64,000 bases of DNA, taken from Spirochaetaceae bacterium (lineage in GTDB: Bacteria > Spirochaetota > Spirochaetia > DSM-2461). The notes under the pieces were generated by a model. The model searched no databases. It saw only the letters and a list, made by a program, of their open reading frames with translations, and had not been told where the DNA came from. The DNA is taken from NCBI GenBank assembly GCA_051531975.1, contig JAOPTT010000017.1:32001-96000 (forward strand). Direction: 5' to 3'. Within the stretch, counting starts at the first letter, position 1; each line of letters begins with the position of its first letter. This document shows positions 10,166 to 19,206 of the stretch, one piece after another. A program made the position numbers and the translations under genes.

Positions 10166-11069
10166 CCTGTTTCTCCTCTTTCTCAAATGAGCCGGATACT
10201 TTCAAGTATAAAACGGCAGCAGCAGATACTATAATTGCCACAATTACGGAAAGAGCCAGTCCAATACGTTCAAATTTTTCCGCACCAAGTTGATCATAAT
10301 TAAGAACTACCTGTTCAAGCAGTACTGGTAATCTGTTAAATCCGTATAACATTACAATAATAAGCCAAATTTGAATTGCTGAAATTATTCTTAATATCAT
10401 TGCTGTAGTTATTGTTGGTTTTAACATTGGAATTGTTATCTTCCGTAGAATTTGGAGTTTTGTTCCACCAAAAACAGCTCCTGCTTCTCTTACATCTTCA
10501 CCAATACCCTGAAGACCTGCAAGGAGAATAATCATAACAAAAGGTATAACTGTCCATGCGTCAATAATAATGACAAGCCACAAGGTTGACATCTTATCTC
10601 CTGCAAGGAATAGAATTTTACTTGCATCATCAATAATCCCAAAGTGCATTAAAAAACTGTTTAGCCAGCCCCTTGTCGCCAAGCCTGAAGACCACATAGC
10701 CCCTACTGCGACAGCAGGAAGTGCCATTGGAATCATTGCAAGAAACAGGAACATGGAAGAACCCTTAAACTTTGTATTAATTAACAGTGCAAGGCCAAAG
10801 GCCAGAAGGAATTCAATTGTAACTGAGAATATTACCAAAAAAGCTGTGTTGGTAAGTGCTGCATAAAATACAGGATCCTTAAAAATATGAACATAGTTTG
10901 AGAATGTCCAATTTCCATCTACATTTTTAAAACTCTCAATAATTGCATTAATTACAGGGAACAACCAGAACATTGAATAATAGATTACTACCGGTGCTAT
11001 AAGCAGATACGGTACCATCTTCTTTCTGGTTTCCTTTTTAAGTAATAATTGTGGTTTTGATATAGTCAT
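10158..11069 (-). CDS. Carbohydrate ABC permease (MalF/UgpA type)
   Basis: 'LAGLQGIGEDVREAGAVFGG' EAA motif; six TM segments. Confidence 0.92.
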   Translation of the reverse strand: MTISKPQLLLKKETRKKMVPYLLIAPVVIYYSMFWLFPVINAIIESFKNVDGNWTFSNYVHIFKDPVFYAALTNTAFLVIFSVTIEFLLAFGLALLINTKFKGSSMFLFLAMIPMALPAVAVGAMWSSGLATRGWLNSFLMHFGIIDDASKILFLAGDKMSTLWLVIIIDAWTVIPFVMIILLAGLQGIGEDVREAGAVFGGTKLQILRKITIPMLKPTITTAMILRIISAIQIWLIIVMLYGFNRLPVLLEQVVLNYDQLGAEKFERIGLALSVIVAIIVSAAAVLYLKVSGSFEKEEKQDE

Positions 11070-11082
11070 AATTCACCTACTA

Positions 11083-11110
11083 ATAAAAGCGGCCGGTATA
11101 ACCGGCCGCC
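11083..11110 (-). terminator. GC-rich hairpin with U-tract after the binding-protein gene (terminator or mRNA-stabilising stem)
   Basis: Minus strand ggcggccggttataccggccgc followed by ttttatt. Confidence 0.75.
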
Positions 11111-11117
11111 AATTTAT

Positions 11118-12368
11118 TTATTTTTTTAATGCTTCTAATTTTGCCTGAGCGGCATCTAGCATAGCTTTATCATATACACCAGTACCAATAATCATATCTC
11201 TAAAAACATCATCATAGACTTGTTTTACAGCACCCCAAGATGTATAAGCACTACCTGGAACACCAGATACAACACCTGTTTGAAGAACCATAACACCTTT
11301 CTTGATAACTTCATCAACTGGAGAATCACCAAGAACTGCAATTGCTTCATCTATTGGAGGTAAGAATCCACCTGTTCCTCTTGCAACTTTTACTGCAATT
11401 TCAGGTCTAGTCATAAACTCGATAAACTTAATTGCAAGATCTCTGTTTTCTGCACCTACTGGTACACCAAATCCACTTACACCAGCAATTGAACCAATAC
11501 CTTTAGGTCCCTTTGGTGCTTTTGCTATAACATAGTTAGATGGATTAGATCTGTAAGCTTCACCTGTTCTTGCCATGTGAGCTACTGTTAGCCATGTTTC
11601 ACCACTTTTCATTGGAGCAGTAACATTATCGTATGTCATAACTGTAGGAGAATAAGCTTTATTCATTTTAGTAAGTAATTCCCATCCTTTAAGAGCTCCA
11701 GGAGAGTTAATTACAGGAAATTCACCACCATAGGAAAGAAACATTCCACCATACATATAAATAAGTGATTTCATAGGTACACCTGTTACTGCAGTTTTAC
11801 CTTCACCTTCACCTTCTGCAATTGCAACTGCCCAGTCAATATATTGTTCCCAGGTTATATCTTGAACATCTGCACCGGCAGGAAGATATTTTAGAGCTTT
11901 GTTATTTGCAAGAAGCAGATAAACATCACCACCAACTGGAGCAAAATAGGTTTTACCACCAGACGCTATACTATCCATAAAAGCTGCAGAAAATGTTCGT
12001 CCCTTCCATTCTGATACTGGAAGTTCTTCAACATACTTGTTTGTGATCCACTGATCCATTACTCCATTGTGTGCAATAACAACATCAGTTGTAACTCTTC
12101 CTGTTTCAGCCTGAAGTTTTGCTCTTTTTAGAAGTACTGTATCATCAAGTATTTCAAATTTCACAACAACATTGTTTTCCATTTCAAATTCAGGAAAAAC
12201 TTCATCGTAAAGAAAATTCTGTTCTGCTGCTGGAGACCAGAGCCTAGACGATACAATCAAGGAAGTTGGAGCATCCATACCTGCTTCTACTTCTTCCTGA
12301 CCACCTGCAAACAAAAAACCTGTTGTCAATAAAGACAACATAACTAAAGTAACTAGAACTTTTCTCAT
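11118..12368 (-). CDS. Sugar ABC transporter substrate-binding protein
   Basis: Spirochete-style signal 'LFAGGQEE'; first gene of the permease/ATPase operon; GAGGAGG RBS. Confidence 0.9.
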   Translation of the reverse strand: MRKVLVTLVMLSLLTTGFLFAGGQEEVEAGMDAPTSLIVSSRLWSPAAEQNFLYDEVFPEFEMENNVVVKFEILDDTVLLKRAKLQAETGRVTTDVVIAHNGVMDQWITNKYVEELPVSEWKGRTFSAAFMDSIASGGKTYFAPVGGDVYLLLANNKALKYLPAGADVQDITWEQYIDWAVAIAEGEGEGKTAVTGVPMKSLIYMYGGMFLSYGGEFPVINSPGALKGWELLTKMNKAYSPTVMTYDNVTAPMKSGETWLTVAHMARTGEAYRSNPSNYVIAKAPKGPKGIGSIAGVSGFGVPVGAENRDLAIKFIEFMTRPEIAVKVARGTGGFLPPIDEAIAVLGDSPVDEVIKKGVMVLQTGVVSGVPGSAYTSWGAVKQVYDDVFRDMIIGTGVYDKAMLDAAQAKLEALKK

Positions 12369-12476
12369 AGAAAAGCCTCCTCTTTATTTTTAATGCATAC
12401 CGCAACCCGGCTATAGCATTATTTAATAATTTAAAACAGCAGACAAATTGAACTACTATATTTTTTCAGCAGTAAT

Positions 12477-12492
12477 TGTCATACGTTGTCAT
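12477..12492. promoter_or_regulatory. Putative LacI-family operator (copy 2), inside a 10-bp inverted repeat
   Basis: tgtcatacgttgtcat flanked by ttttcagcag ... ctgctgaaaa. Confidence 0.6.
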
Positions 12493-12543
12493 TCTGCTGA
12501 AAACAATCCATAAAAAATAATACAAGATACCTTTCAGTCCCAA

Positions 12544-12589
12544 TGTCCTTCGTTGTCATCATAATAGCATGTGATAACTTATACCGCAA
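12544..12589 (-). promoter_or_regulatory. Sigma70-like promoter (TTGCGG-17-TATTAT with extended TG) directly followed by operator copy 3
   Basis: -35 at 12589..12584, -10 at 12566..12561, operator tgtccttcgttgtcat at 12544..12559. Confidence 0.6.
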
Positions 12590-13075
12590 CAATAAATAAA
12601 TCGTTTGCTAAAATTGTTAAAAAAAGTACTCATTTTGGTGCAAAACCATGGACATCTTTAAAATATATAATACAAGCCTAAGAGTATGTCAAATATTTTT
12701 TTCTTTATGCTTTTTTTTTGATGTTTTTACTCTAATTATCCTGTTAATCCCTTGTAAGCCGGTCTGAATTTAGCTTTTAAAATTATTCCGGTATAATCCT
12801 TTTTTATCATGAAAAATCAAAAAAAAGACACCTGTCAGCAGAGAATTCTATATCAATGTACTTGTATCCTTATTCAGCACCAAAACTTATTAGAATTATT
12901 CTTTAATGAAGATGTAAATTACATTTTAGTTATTTTTAGTTCCTTCGTCTTAGGATATTATGGGTTCTGTAAGTGACGCTTTCAAATATTTATAGTTAAT
13001 CATAATAATGTGCCAATGCCGAAGATACCGTGATGTTCCATATTATCTTTAGTTTTCAACATACGATGAAATATT

Positions 13076-13363
13076 TTATTGGATTTCAAATATTTTCTGT
13101 TCTTTTGTTTCAAAAATACCTATTGCTTCATAAAACTCATGAGTATCCATTCTTTTTGAATTGCAACGTACTCGTGTCTTTAAATCCCTTTCTTTTGCCC
13201 ATCTAATTGCATAACAGACTAGTTCTTTTCCAATTCCATTTCTACGAAATTTAGATGAAACAACTAAGCCTGCAATCTCTATAAATGAAGGAGAAGCGAC
13301 TCTGTTTGCAATAAAGAAATGAATCCAACCTTTAATATACCCATTCTCTTCAAATATCCCCAG
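13076..13363 (-). pseudogene. 5'-truncated GNAT acetyltransferase
   Basis: Manual translation 'GIFEENGYIKGWIH...IEIAGLVVSSKFRRNGIGKELV...THEFYEAIG...KIFEIQ*' has the acetyl-CoA motif RxxGxG; no start codon before the upstream in-frame TAG. Confidence 0.8.
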
Positions 13364-13396
13364 ATATGGAATAATATTGCTATTTATATACTAAGG

Positions 13397-15049
13397 TTAT
13401 GCCCTCTTCCGTGGATTAAACAGTTCTGAAGATCCCACATCTTTATAATGTCTATCAGAATCTTCAAAGAATATGAACTCTGTATACTTGGATATGATGG
13501 AATCAATCTCTTTTGAATTTTTTTCTATAAAATCATTAAAATCAGAGATACCGTTTTTAACTTTTAATTTTGCAAGATCCACTAAAAAACAACTAACATT
13601 ATTAACAGGTAGTGTTGCAACTTCTTTGGCTAAATTGAAACTTGATCCGGTACCTCTACCTCCAAACATAACTTTGTATAGAGGAAGAAACCGATCACCA
13701 TCTTTTTTTAAGAAACCATAGAGACCAATGTTACCAAGGTGATGACTTCCACAGGCATTAGGGCAACCGGAAATATAAATTTCAGGCAGGGCCATCTTTA
13801 CTGTTGTCGATTCATTTTGGAACTTATGTTTAATTCTGTCTGTTAAAGCCCCGGTATCTGTTATACCTATCCTACATGTATTGCTACCTGGGCATGAGAC
13901 AATGTTATTCATCTTGTTTTTTCTTAGAAAATCATGGGATATATAATTAAGTCTCTCTACATCCTTACCACATAACTCCCTAATGAAAAATCCCTGATCA
14001 TGGGACAGTCTTATTGAAGGAGTATAATCCAGAGTATCAATAAAAATTAGTAATTTTGTAAGCTCTTTTGAAGTTATATTTCCTTTCTCAGGCTGAATAT
14101 TTACAGCATACCGACCCTTTACCCGGGTTTCGAAAATTATTTTATTATCAAATTCTATAGTTTCGCCTTCTGTTTCAATATATTCAGACCTGTATTTTTC
14201 TATATCTAAATCTGAAAGTCTGTTTATATCTAATCTTCTATTAAAACAGTCTATAAAAAGTTCTTTAAAAGAATCATCTCCAAGGTTTCTAGCTATGAAT
14301 CTTGTTCTTTTTTTTGCATTTTTATGTTCATTCTCTGTAATTAAAACCTCTTTCATGGCCTCAATACAGTGTAAAACAGTGTTTTCATTAACAAAATCCA
14401 ATAATTTAATACCTAATTTAACATAGGAACCCTGACCACCACCGCCATAAACTTCGAATCCGGCTTTACCATTTCTCGTTACTGCAATAAAACCAATATC
14501 TGCCATTTTTGCTTTGGAGTGATCTTCTATATTATTAGAAATTGATATCTGAAACTTAGCTGGTAGAGTAAAGTTTGTTTCATCCCGTAAAAGGGATTCA
14601 GTAATTGATAGAACGTAGGGTGAAATATCAAACGGTTCATCTATTTCGATTCCTGCCAGAGGTGGAGCTACAATATTTCGTGGAACTTTTCCTGCAGCAG
14701 CCTTTGTTGTAATACCTAATTCTAGAAGTTCTTCTAAAATGTTTGGTATATCATCAAGTTTAATTTTTTGAAATTGAATATTCTGCCTGGTAGTAATATG
14801 GAAATTCAGAGTTGAGTAACTGTTATTAATTTCATTTATTCCCCGTAACTGATCTGCAGAAATTATTCCACCGGGAATCCTGGTTCGTAAAGTAAACAGC
14901 TCCAGATTGGAATTTCGGTTAACATAGGCTCCATATAACTTCAATTTAGCTGAAAACTCTACTGAATCTATAATACTGCTTCTATAGTTTTTAATAATTT
15001 CCCGCACCTGATCTGGTGCATAAGTTAACTCATCAAATAATTTAAACAT
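13397..15049 (-). CDS. Siroheme/[4Fe-4S] nitrite/sulfite reductase family protein
   Basis: 'LRTRIPGG', 'TTRQNIQ', 'CPGSNTC...ISGCPNACG' cofactor cysteines. Confidence 0.85.
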   Translation of the reverse strand: MFKLFDELTYAPDQVREIIKNYRSSIIDSVEFSAKLKLYGAYVNRNSNLELFTLRTRIPGGIISADQLRGINEINNSYSTLNFHITTRQNIQFQKIKLDDIPNILEELLELGITTKAAAGKVPRNIVAPPLAGIEIDEPFDISPYVLSITESLLRDETNFTLPAKFQISISNNIEDHSKAKMADIGFIAVTRNGKAGFEVYGGGGQGSYVKLGIKLLDFVNENTVLHCIEAMKEVLITENEHKNAKKRTRFIARNLGDDSFKELFIDCFNRRLDINRLSDLDIEKYRSEYIETEGETIEFDNKIIFETRVKGRYAVNIQPEKGNITSKELTKLLIFIDTLDYTPSIRLSHDQGFFIRELCGKDVERLNYISHDFLRKNKMNNIVSCPGSNTCRIGITDTGALTDRIKHKFQNESTTVKMALPEIYISGCPNACGSHHLGNIGLYGFLKKDGDRFLPLYKVMFGGRGTGSSFNLAKEVATLPVNNVSCFLVDLAKLKVKNGISDFNDFIEKNSKEIDSIISKYTEFIFFEDSDRHYKDVGSSELFNPRKRA

Positions 15050-15267
15050 CTGTACTCCCTTATTCCTAGATGAATATAAAATAAATTGAGGAATGCAAAT
15101 GTAACAATTGATACAAATATCAGTATGTTTCTATAATATCATGGTTCTATGGATATTTTTAAACAACGGATGAACCATATTTTCATAATCAGAAAACTTC
15201 ATTTGTATTATTTACTGATGGTTACAGACATTAAAAACTAATCTATCATTCTCTAATGATCAAAAAA

Positions 15268-15393
15268 TTATTTAGCTATTTCTGCAACTTCTGCACGATA
15301 AGCGTCTGTACTCTCTTTAATATAAAAATTAAATATTCTAATCACTTCCACTTGATGATTAACTGATAATTGTTCAAATAAATATTCACTCAT
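15268..15393 (-). pseudogene. N-terminal remnant of a phosphinothricin-acetyltransferase-like GNAT
   Basis: AGGAG RBS then 'MSEYLFEQLSVNHQVEVIRIFNFYIKESTDAY...' stopping at 41 aa. Confidence 0.5.
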
Positions 15394-15495
15394 AATAAGC
15401 TCCTACACATCTCAGAAAGTAGTATTACAAAGAGTGATCATCGTCAATTCTATAACTTAATTCTAGTAATTAACTTTTTTAGATCACTGATTCAA

Positions 15496-15575
15496 TTAAG
15501 TAGCTAGTTTTGAATAAAGTTCTAAATCTATATATTTATCATTTTTTTTTACAGTACAGTTTACTATTCCTGTAT
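15496..15575 (-). pseudogene. C-terminal remnant of a RimJ/RimL-type GNAT
   Basis: 'VKKNDKYIDLELYSKLAT*' resembles the KNGxxxDxxxYxxL tail; very short. Confidence 0.35.
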
Positions 15576-15673
15576 TTTACAAACATCTACTCCGGTATTA
15601 AACAAAACCCTATCCTTATACTTTCGTATTAGTCTAATCCATGATCCTATTGAATAAATTTATTACATATAAG

Positions 15674-15860
15674 TTACTGTGGTATTCTCCAATCGCCTCC
15701 TACATATAATAATTGGCTTGTAAGCCATCTTGATTGCTCTGAAGCTAAGAATACCATTACATCCTCTGGCGTTTCATTTACATCATTTGACCCACAATCT
15801 GCTTGAACTTGTCCTGGATGTATAGAGACCACACCTATGGTATTATTTCTAAGTTTATTA
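15674..15860 (-). pseudogene. C-terminal remnant of a short-chain dehydrogenase (SDR)
   Basis: 'IGVVSIHPGQVQADCG...TPEDVMVFLASEQSRWLTSQLLYVGGDWRIPQ*'; no Rossmann N-terminus and no start. Confidence 0.6.
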
Positions 15861-16101
15861 TTTCATCTTTCGATCTATTTTCTGTCTGATGCATCACCTG
15901 CTATACCTTCATAGACTTCATGATATATATTACTTCCCAAAGTTTCTATAATTTAGTATATGAAAAAATATGGCACTAATTCTTAATGCCTGTAATAAAT
16001 CTATGTAATATTACATGTAAGATATTAAATATTTATGAAATTTACATAATAATTCGTTTTTTTCTTGCCAACAACAAATAATCGTTATATTAATAGTAAC
16101 A

Positions 16102-16989
16102 ATGAAAAGAAAATTTATTTTTAGTATTATATTTTGCTTAACATCCTTGATTATATACTCTGATGATCTGCCTGACTTTAGCGATCTTCCAGAAATTCCA
16201 ATGGAAGATATTGTAGAAACTTCAGATGATTCAATGAATATCATTGAAAAAATCAGTTACATTCAGAATGATGGATTTCTTCTGATTGATAAACAGTTAA
16301 AAGGATTAAAAAATGGCTTCAAATTCGGCAGTCTGTTGATTATTATCCTTTTTTCCTTTGCATATGGTGTTCTTCACACATTGGGCCCCGGTCATGGAAA
16401 GATGATAATATTTTCATATTTTCTCTCAGAAGAGACCACAAAATGGGATACTCTTGCACTATCTATATTAATTCCAATTATTCACTCCACAGGAGCGGTT
16501 CTACTGGCAGTTCTATTAAAAACTGTACTTTCTTTTATTACGGGTTTTGATGTTCTTGCAATTCAATACTCGTTCACCATGTTATCCGGTCTGCTTATTG
16601 TCGGAATATCCCTATACCTGATTTTTAAGAGTCATAAACATCATAAGGTTTCTGTTTCAAACAATAAAAATGTGATTCTACGAAATATTCCGGTTGCTGT
16701 ATCTGTTGGAATAGTTCCTTGTCCCCTATCCTTGACAATAATGTCAACTTCTATAATATATGGGATATTCTGGATAGGATTCTCAGCTGTGATGTCATTA
16801 ACAATAGCAATGACAATTGTTCTCTATTTTATAGCATTAATAGCCTCAAAATCACAGAAAAAATTGAATCAAAACAAAGAGAGAAAATTATCAAAAATAT
16901 TTCATAGCATAGGAGAAACCCTTTTACTGCTAATCGGTTTAATGTTTATATACAACGGAGGAAGAGCTTTATGGCCAATATTATTTTAA
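16102..16989 (+). CDS. Nickel/cobalt transporter, RcnA/NiCoT-like
   Basis: 'YGVLHTLGPGHGK', 'HKHHK' and 'GIVPCP' motifs; several TM segments; acidic N-terminal extension. Confidence 0.85.
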   Translation: MKRKFIFSIIFCLTSLIIYSDDLPDFSDLPEIPMEDIVETSDDSMNIIEKISYIQNDGFLLIDKQLKGLKNGFKFGSLLIIILFSFAYGVLHTLGPGHGKMIIFSYFLSEETTKWDTLALSILIPIIHSTGAVLLAVLLKTVLSFITGFDVLAIQYSFTMLSGLLIVGISLYLIFKSHKHHKVSVSNNKNVILRNIPVAVSVGIVPCPLSLTIMSTSIIYGIFWIGFSAVMSLTIAMTIVLYFIALIASKSQKKLNQNKERKLSKIFHSIGETLLLLIGLMFIYNGGRALWPILF

Positions 16990-17537
16990 AAAAACATTTT
17001 TTACTAATTGCACTTTTTGTAATTAGTACCATTTCTCTGTATGCCCATCCACATATGAAAATACAGGCATACTCATATAATTATTTTAATGATAGTGGAC
17101 TGCAAGGAGTATACATGCAGTGGGAATATGATCCTATGATCAGTTCACAACTTATATACAATTACGATATCAATGGGGACATGACTTTTTCAGAGAGTGA
17201 AATTGAAGAGTTTAAAACTAAATATTTTGAAAATATTGTTGATTCAGGTTATTATACATATTTTGAAATAGATGGTAAAACTTTAATTAATCCGGAACCT
17301 GTCAGTTTTAAAGCTGTTATAGATAAAGAGGACGAAGTTATAATCTTATCGTTTTTTGTCCCTCTGAATCTCTCTAAAAAAGGTTATGTGGATATCAGGT
17401 ATGGTTTTAATGATAATACCCAATACACTGCATTCTTCATCCCCCATAGTAAAGTCCGGACTAAAGGTGACGGTTTTAAACTAATAAAAGAGTATGTAAA
17501 CCAGTTTGGAGAGATAACATATAGTTATAAGATGTAA
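16971..17537 (+). CDS. DUF1007 family periplasmic protein
   Basis: Signal peptide ending 'AHPH', 'WEYDPMIS', EF-hand-like 'DINGDMTFSESE'; usual partner of RcnA-like transporters. Confidence 0.8.
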   Translation: MANIILKKHFLLIALFVISTISLYAHPHMKIQAYSYNYFNDSGLQGVYMQWEYDPMISSQLIYNYDINGDMTFSESEIEEFKTKYFENIVDSGYYTYFEIDGKTLINPEPVSFKAVIDKEDEVIILSFFVPLNLSKKGYVDIRYGFNDNTQYTAFFIPHSKVRTKGDGFKLIKEYVNQFGEITYSYKM

Positions 17538-17580
17538 ACTTACTATCTTATTTCTTGATAAAGCATATTATGGTTCAAAA

Positions 17581-17907
17581 TCAATTATCCAATATTTCGA
17601 GTAGAATATATTTAGCACTTGTTGATATATAAGGAGTATTAGAACCTTCTAATTCTTTTAGCTTAATAATCGCTTTTTCTTTATCTATTTCAAGAGTATG
17701 CGTTGCAGCCCATAACTGAACCTATTTACTTGAATTTTCCATAAGTTCAATTATTTTTTGTTCTTCACCAATTGAAACGATACCTTTAAGAGCTGAGTGT
17801 AATTTCTTATAGGCTTTGTTTCCGGTTTTATAGTCATCATTTTCAGAACACTTCCCATGCTTTAAAGCTTCATCTTTATAGTTTAATAATAATTGTTCTA
17901 TTTTCAT
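17581..17907 (-). pseudogene. DUF2019-like (HEAT-like, putative immunity) protein interrupted by an in-frame TAG
   Basis: 'HGKCSENDDYKTGNKAYKKL...MENSSK*VQLWAATHTLEIDKEKAIIKLKEL...SAKYILLE' continues in frame after the stop at 17722..17724. Confidence 0.7.
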
Positions 17908-18138
17908 TTTAATATCTCCAAATTAAATTTAAAATGTCCAACAAAACTCCGTTAACTTCTCAACTCCATAATTATATTGATAATACTAAATAATCTTCAC
18001 TAGAGACTGTAGTATTAAATGTTCTTACACTAATAAAGAACGAAAAATGAAAAAAAATCAGACTTTAGTAAAAATATTTATTATTTATAGGTATAATTAT
18101 TAAGAACATTTTCCATATTAACCCAAAAGTAAAAGATT

Positions 18139-18865
18139 CTAAATATCGGAAGTAATTATATTACCAACTAAAACTTTTCCTATATTTGATAAATGGATAT
18201 TTTTGTTATCATCATTTATGCTCTCTGAAAGTTGTTGGACCATTTCTCTTACTAAGTTCTCTATTGATTTGAAATCTATAGAGTCTAAACTTAAATCCGG
18301 TACATCATTTCTTCATACTCAATTAACTTATATCTTAACAATGCATTTCTATTAAATTAAAAATTTTGAACTAATTCTAAATATTTTTCTGATGGTAAGT
18401 CTTCTCTTAATGTTTCAGGTGCAATAATTTCCTTATGTTTCCCTAACAGTCACTGAGACTCTTCTGTCCCTCGATTATACAAGAATAATATTATTAATAC
18501 CTGCTCATCTGATAATACAGGCAATAAGTTTTCAAGAAGATTGGGTTTTAAGTTTCTATTTATAGCATTATTAACTAATTCAATTAGTCTTTTATTCTTT
18601 AGTGTTGACCTGTTATTAACAACTACATGAATTGCATCTTCTATGATATTTTTAACGTAATCTTCACTAATTATAAACTCCAAATCTTCAATTTTTAAAT
18701 ATAATTCTCTTAAAAAGATACAAACTCTATCAAGCCTTTGATTAGGTATAAATACACTAATTACTTCACCAATCAATGTTCCAGAAAAGGAATTGCTCCT
18801 AATACAGATCGAGAAACTTTATGTAAATAATCACATTTATCATTCTTTAACTCATCGATATTCAT
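18139..18865 (-). pseudogene. Conserved hypothetical protein gene broken by frameshifts and stops
   Basis: 'MNIDELKNDKCDYLHKVSRSVLGAIPF' / frameshift / 'SGTLIGEVISVFIPNQRLDRV...' then further stops and shifts to '...HLSNIGKVLVGNIITSDI*'. Confidence 0.6.
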
Positions 18866-18899
18866 ATTTTATTTTTCCTTTAGTTTGCTATATAAAAAC

Positions 18900-19136
18900 T
18901 TAGTTTTCTCTAGATAATATTTCTATCCTATCGACAATAGGATCTAATTCAGATTTTATAACTTCAAGATGCGTAATAGTTGAAATTAAAGTCCTATATT
19001 CGTTTTCATAACTCCAGTGTTGAGATTTTGTAAATATAAATGGTTCAAATTCAAGAGCACTATCAGGAAAAAAACTTATTACTTTTGGAATTTCATTCGA
19101 ATAAATTACTTTTAAAGAGGTATTAGCCTTATTTTT
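18900..19136 (-). pseudogene. DUF2971-like fragment
   Basis: 'KVIYSNEIP...FTKSQHWSYENEYR' matches the KxxxWxYExExR signature; no start codon or N-terminal half. Confidence 0.65.
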
Positions 19137-19206
19137 AATAAGTCATTACGGTTTCTTTCTTTTTTTTGGTATTTGTTTTGTATCAACTTTTATATAGTGA
19201 AAGATT

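Noticed and set aside
13076..15393. A single GNAT gene split by insertion of the reductase gene
   Set aside because: The N-terminal remnant looks Pat-like and the C-terminal remnant looks like a different GNAT subgroup; no target-site duplication was seen.
16011..16244. 77-aa minus-strand ORF (and 19397..19615, 48179..48397)
   Set aside because: Each overlaps a real gene on the opposite strand or a promoter/terminator region and has no recognisable motif.
17722..17724. Programmed amber read-through (pyrrolysine) or recoding in the DUF2019-like gene
   Set aside because: No pyl genes are visible, TAG is a normal stop in many genes here, and neighbouring genes are decayed, so a nonsense mutation is simpler.
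13000..19200. Integron attC array
   Set aside because: No repeated RYYYAAC...GTTRRRY palindromes were found between the fragments by eye; a covariance-model search is needed to exclude this fully.
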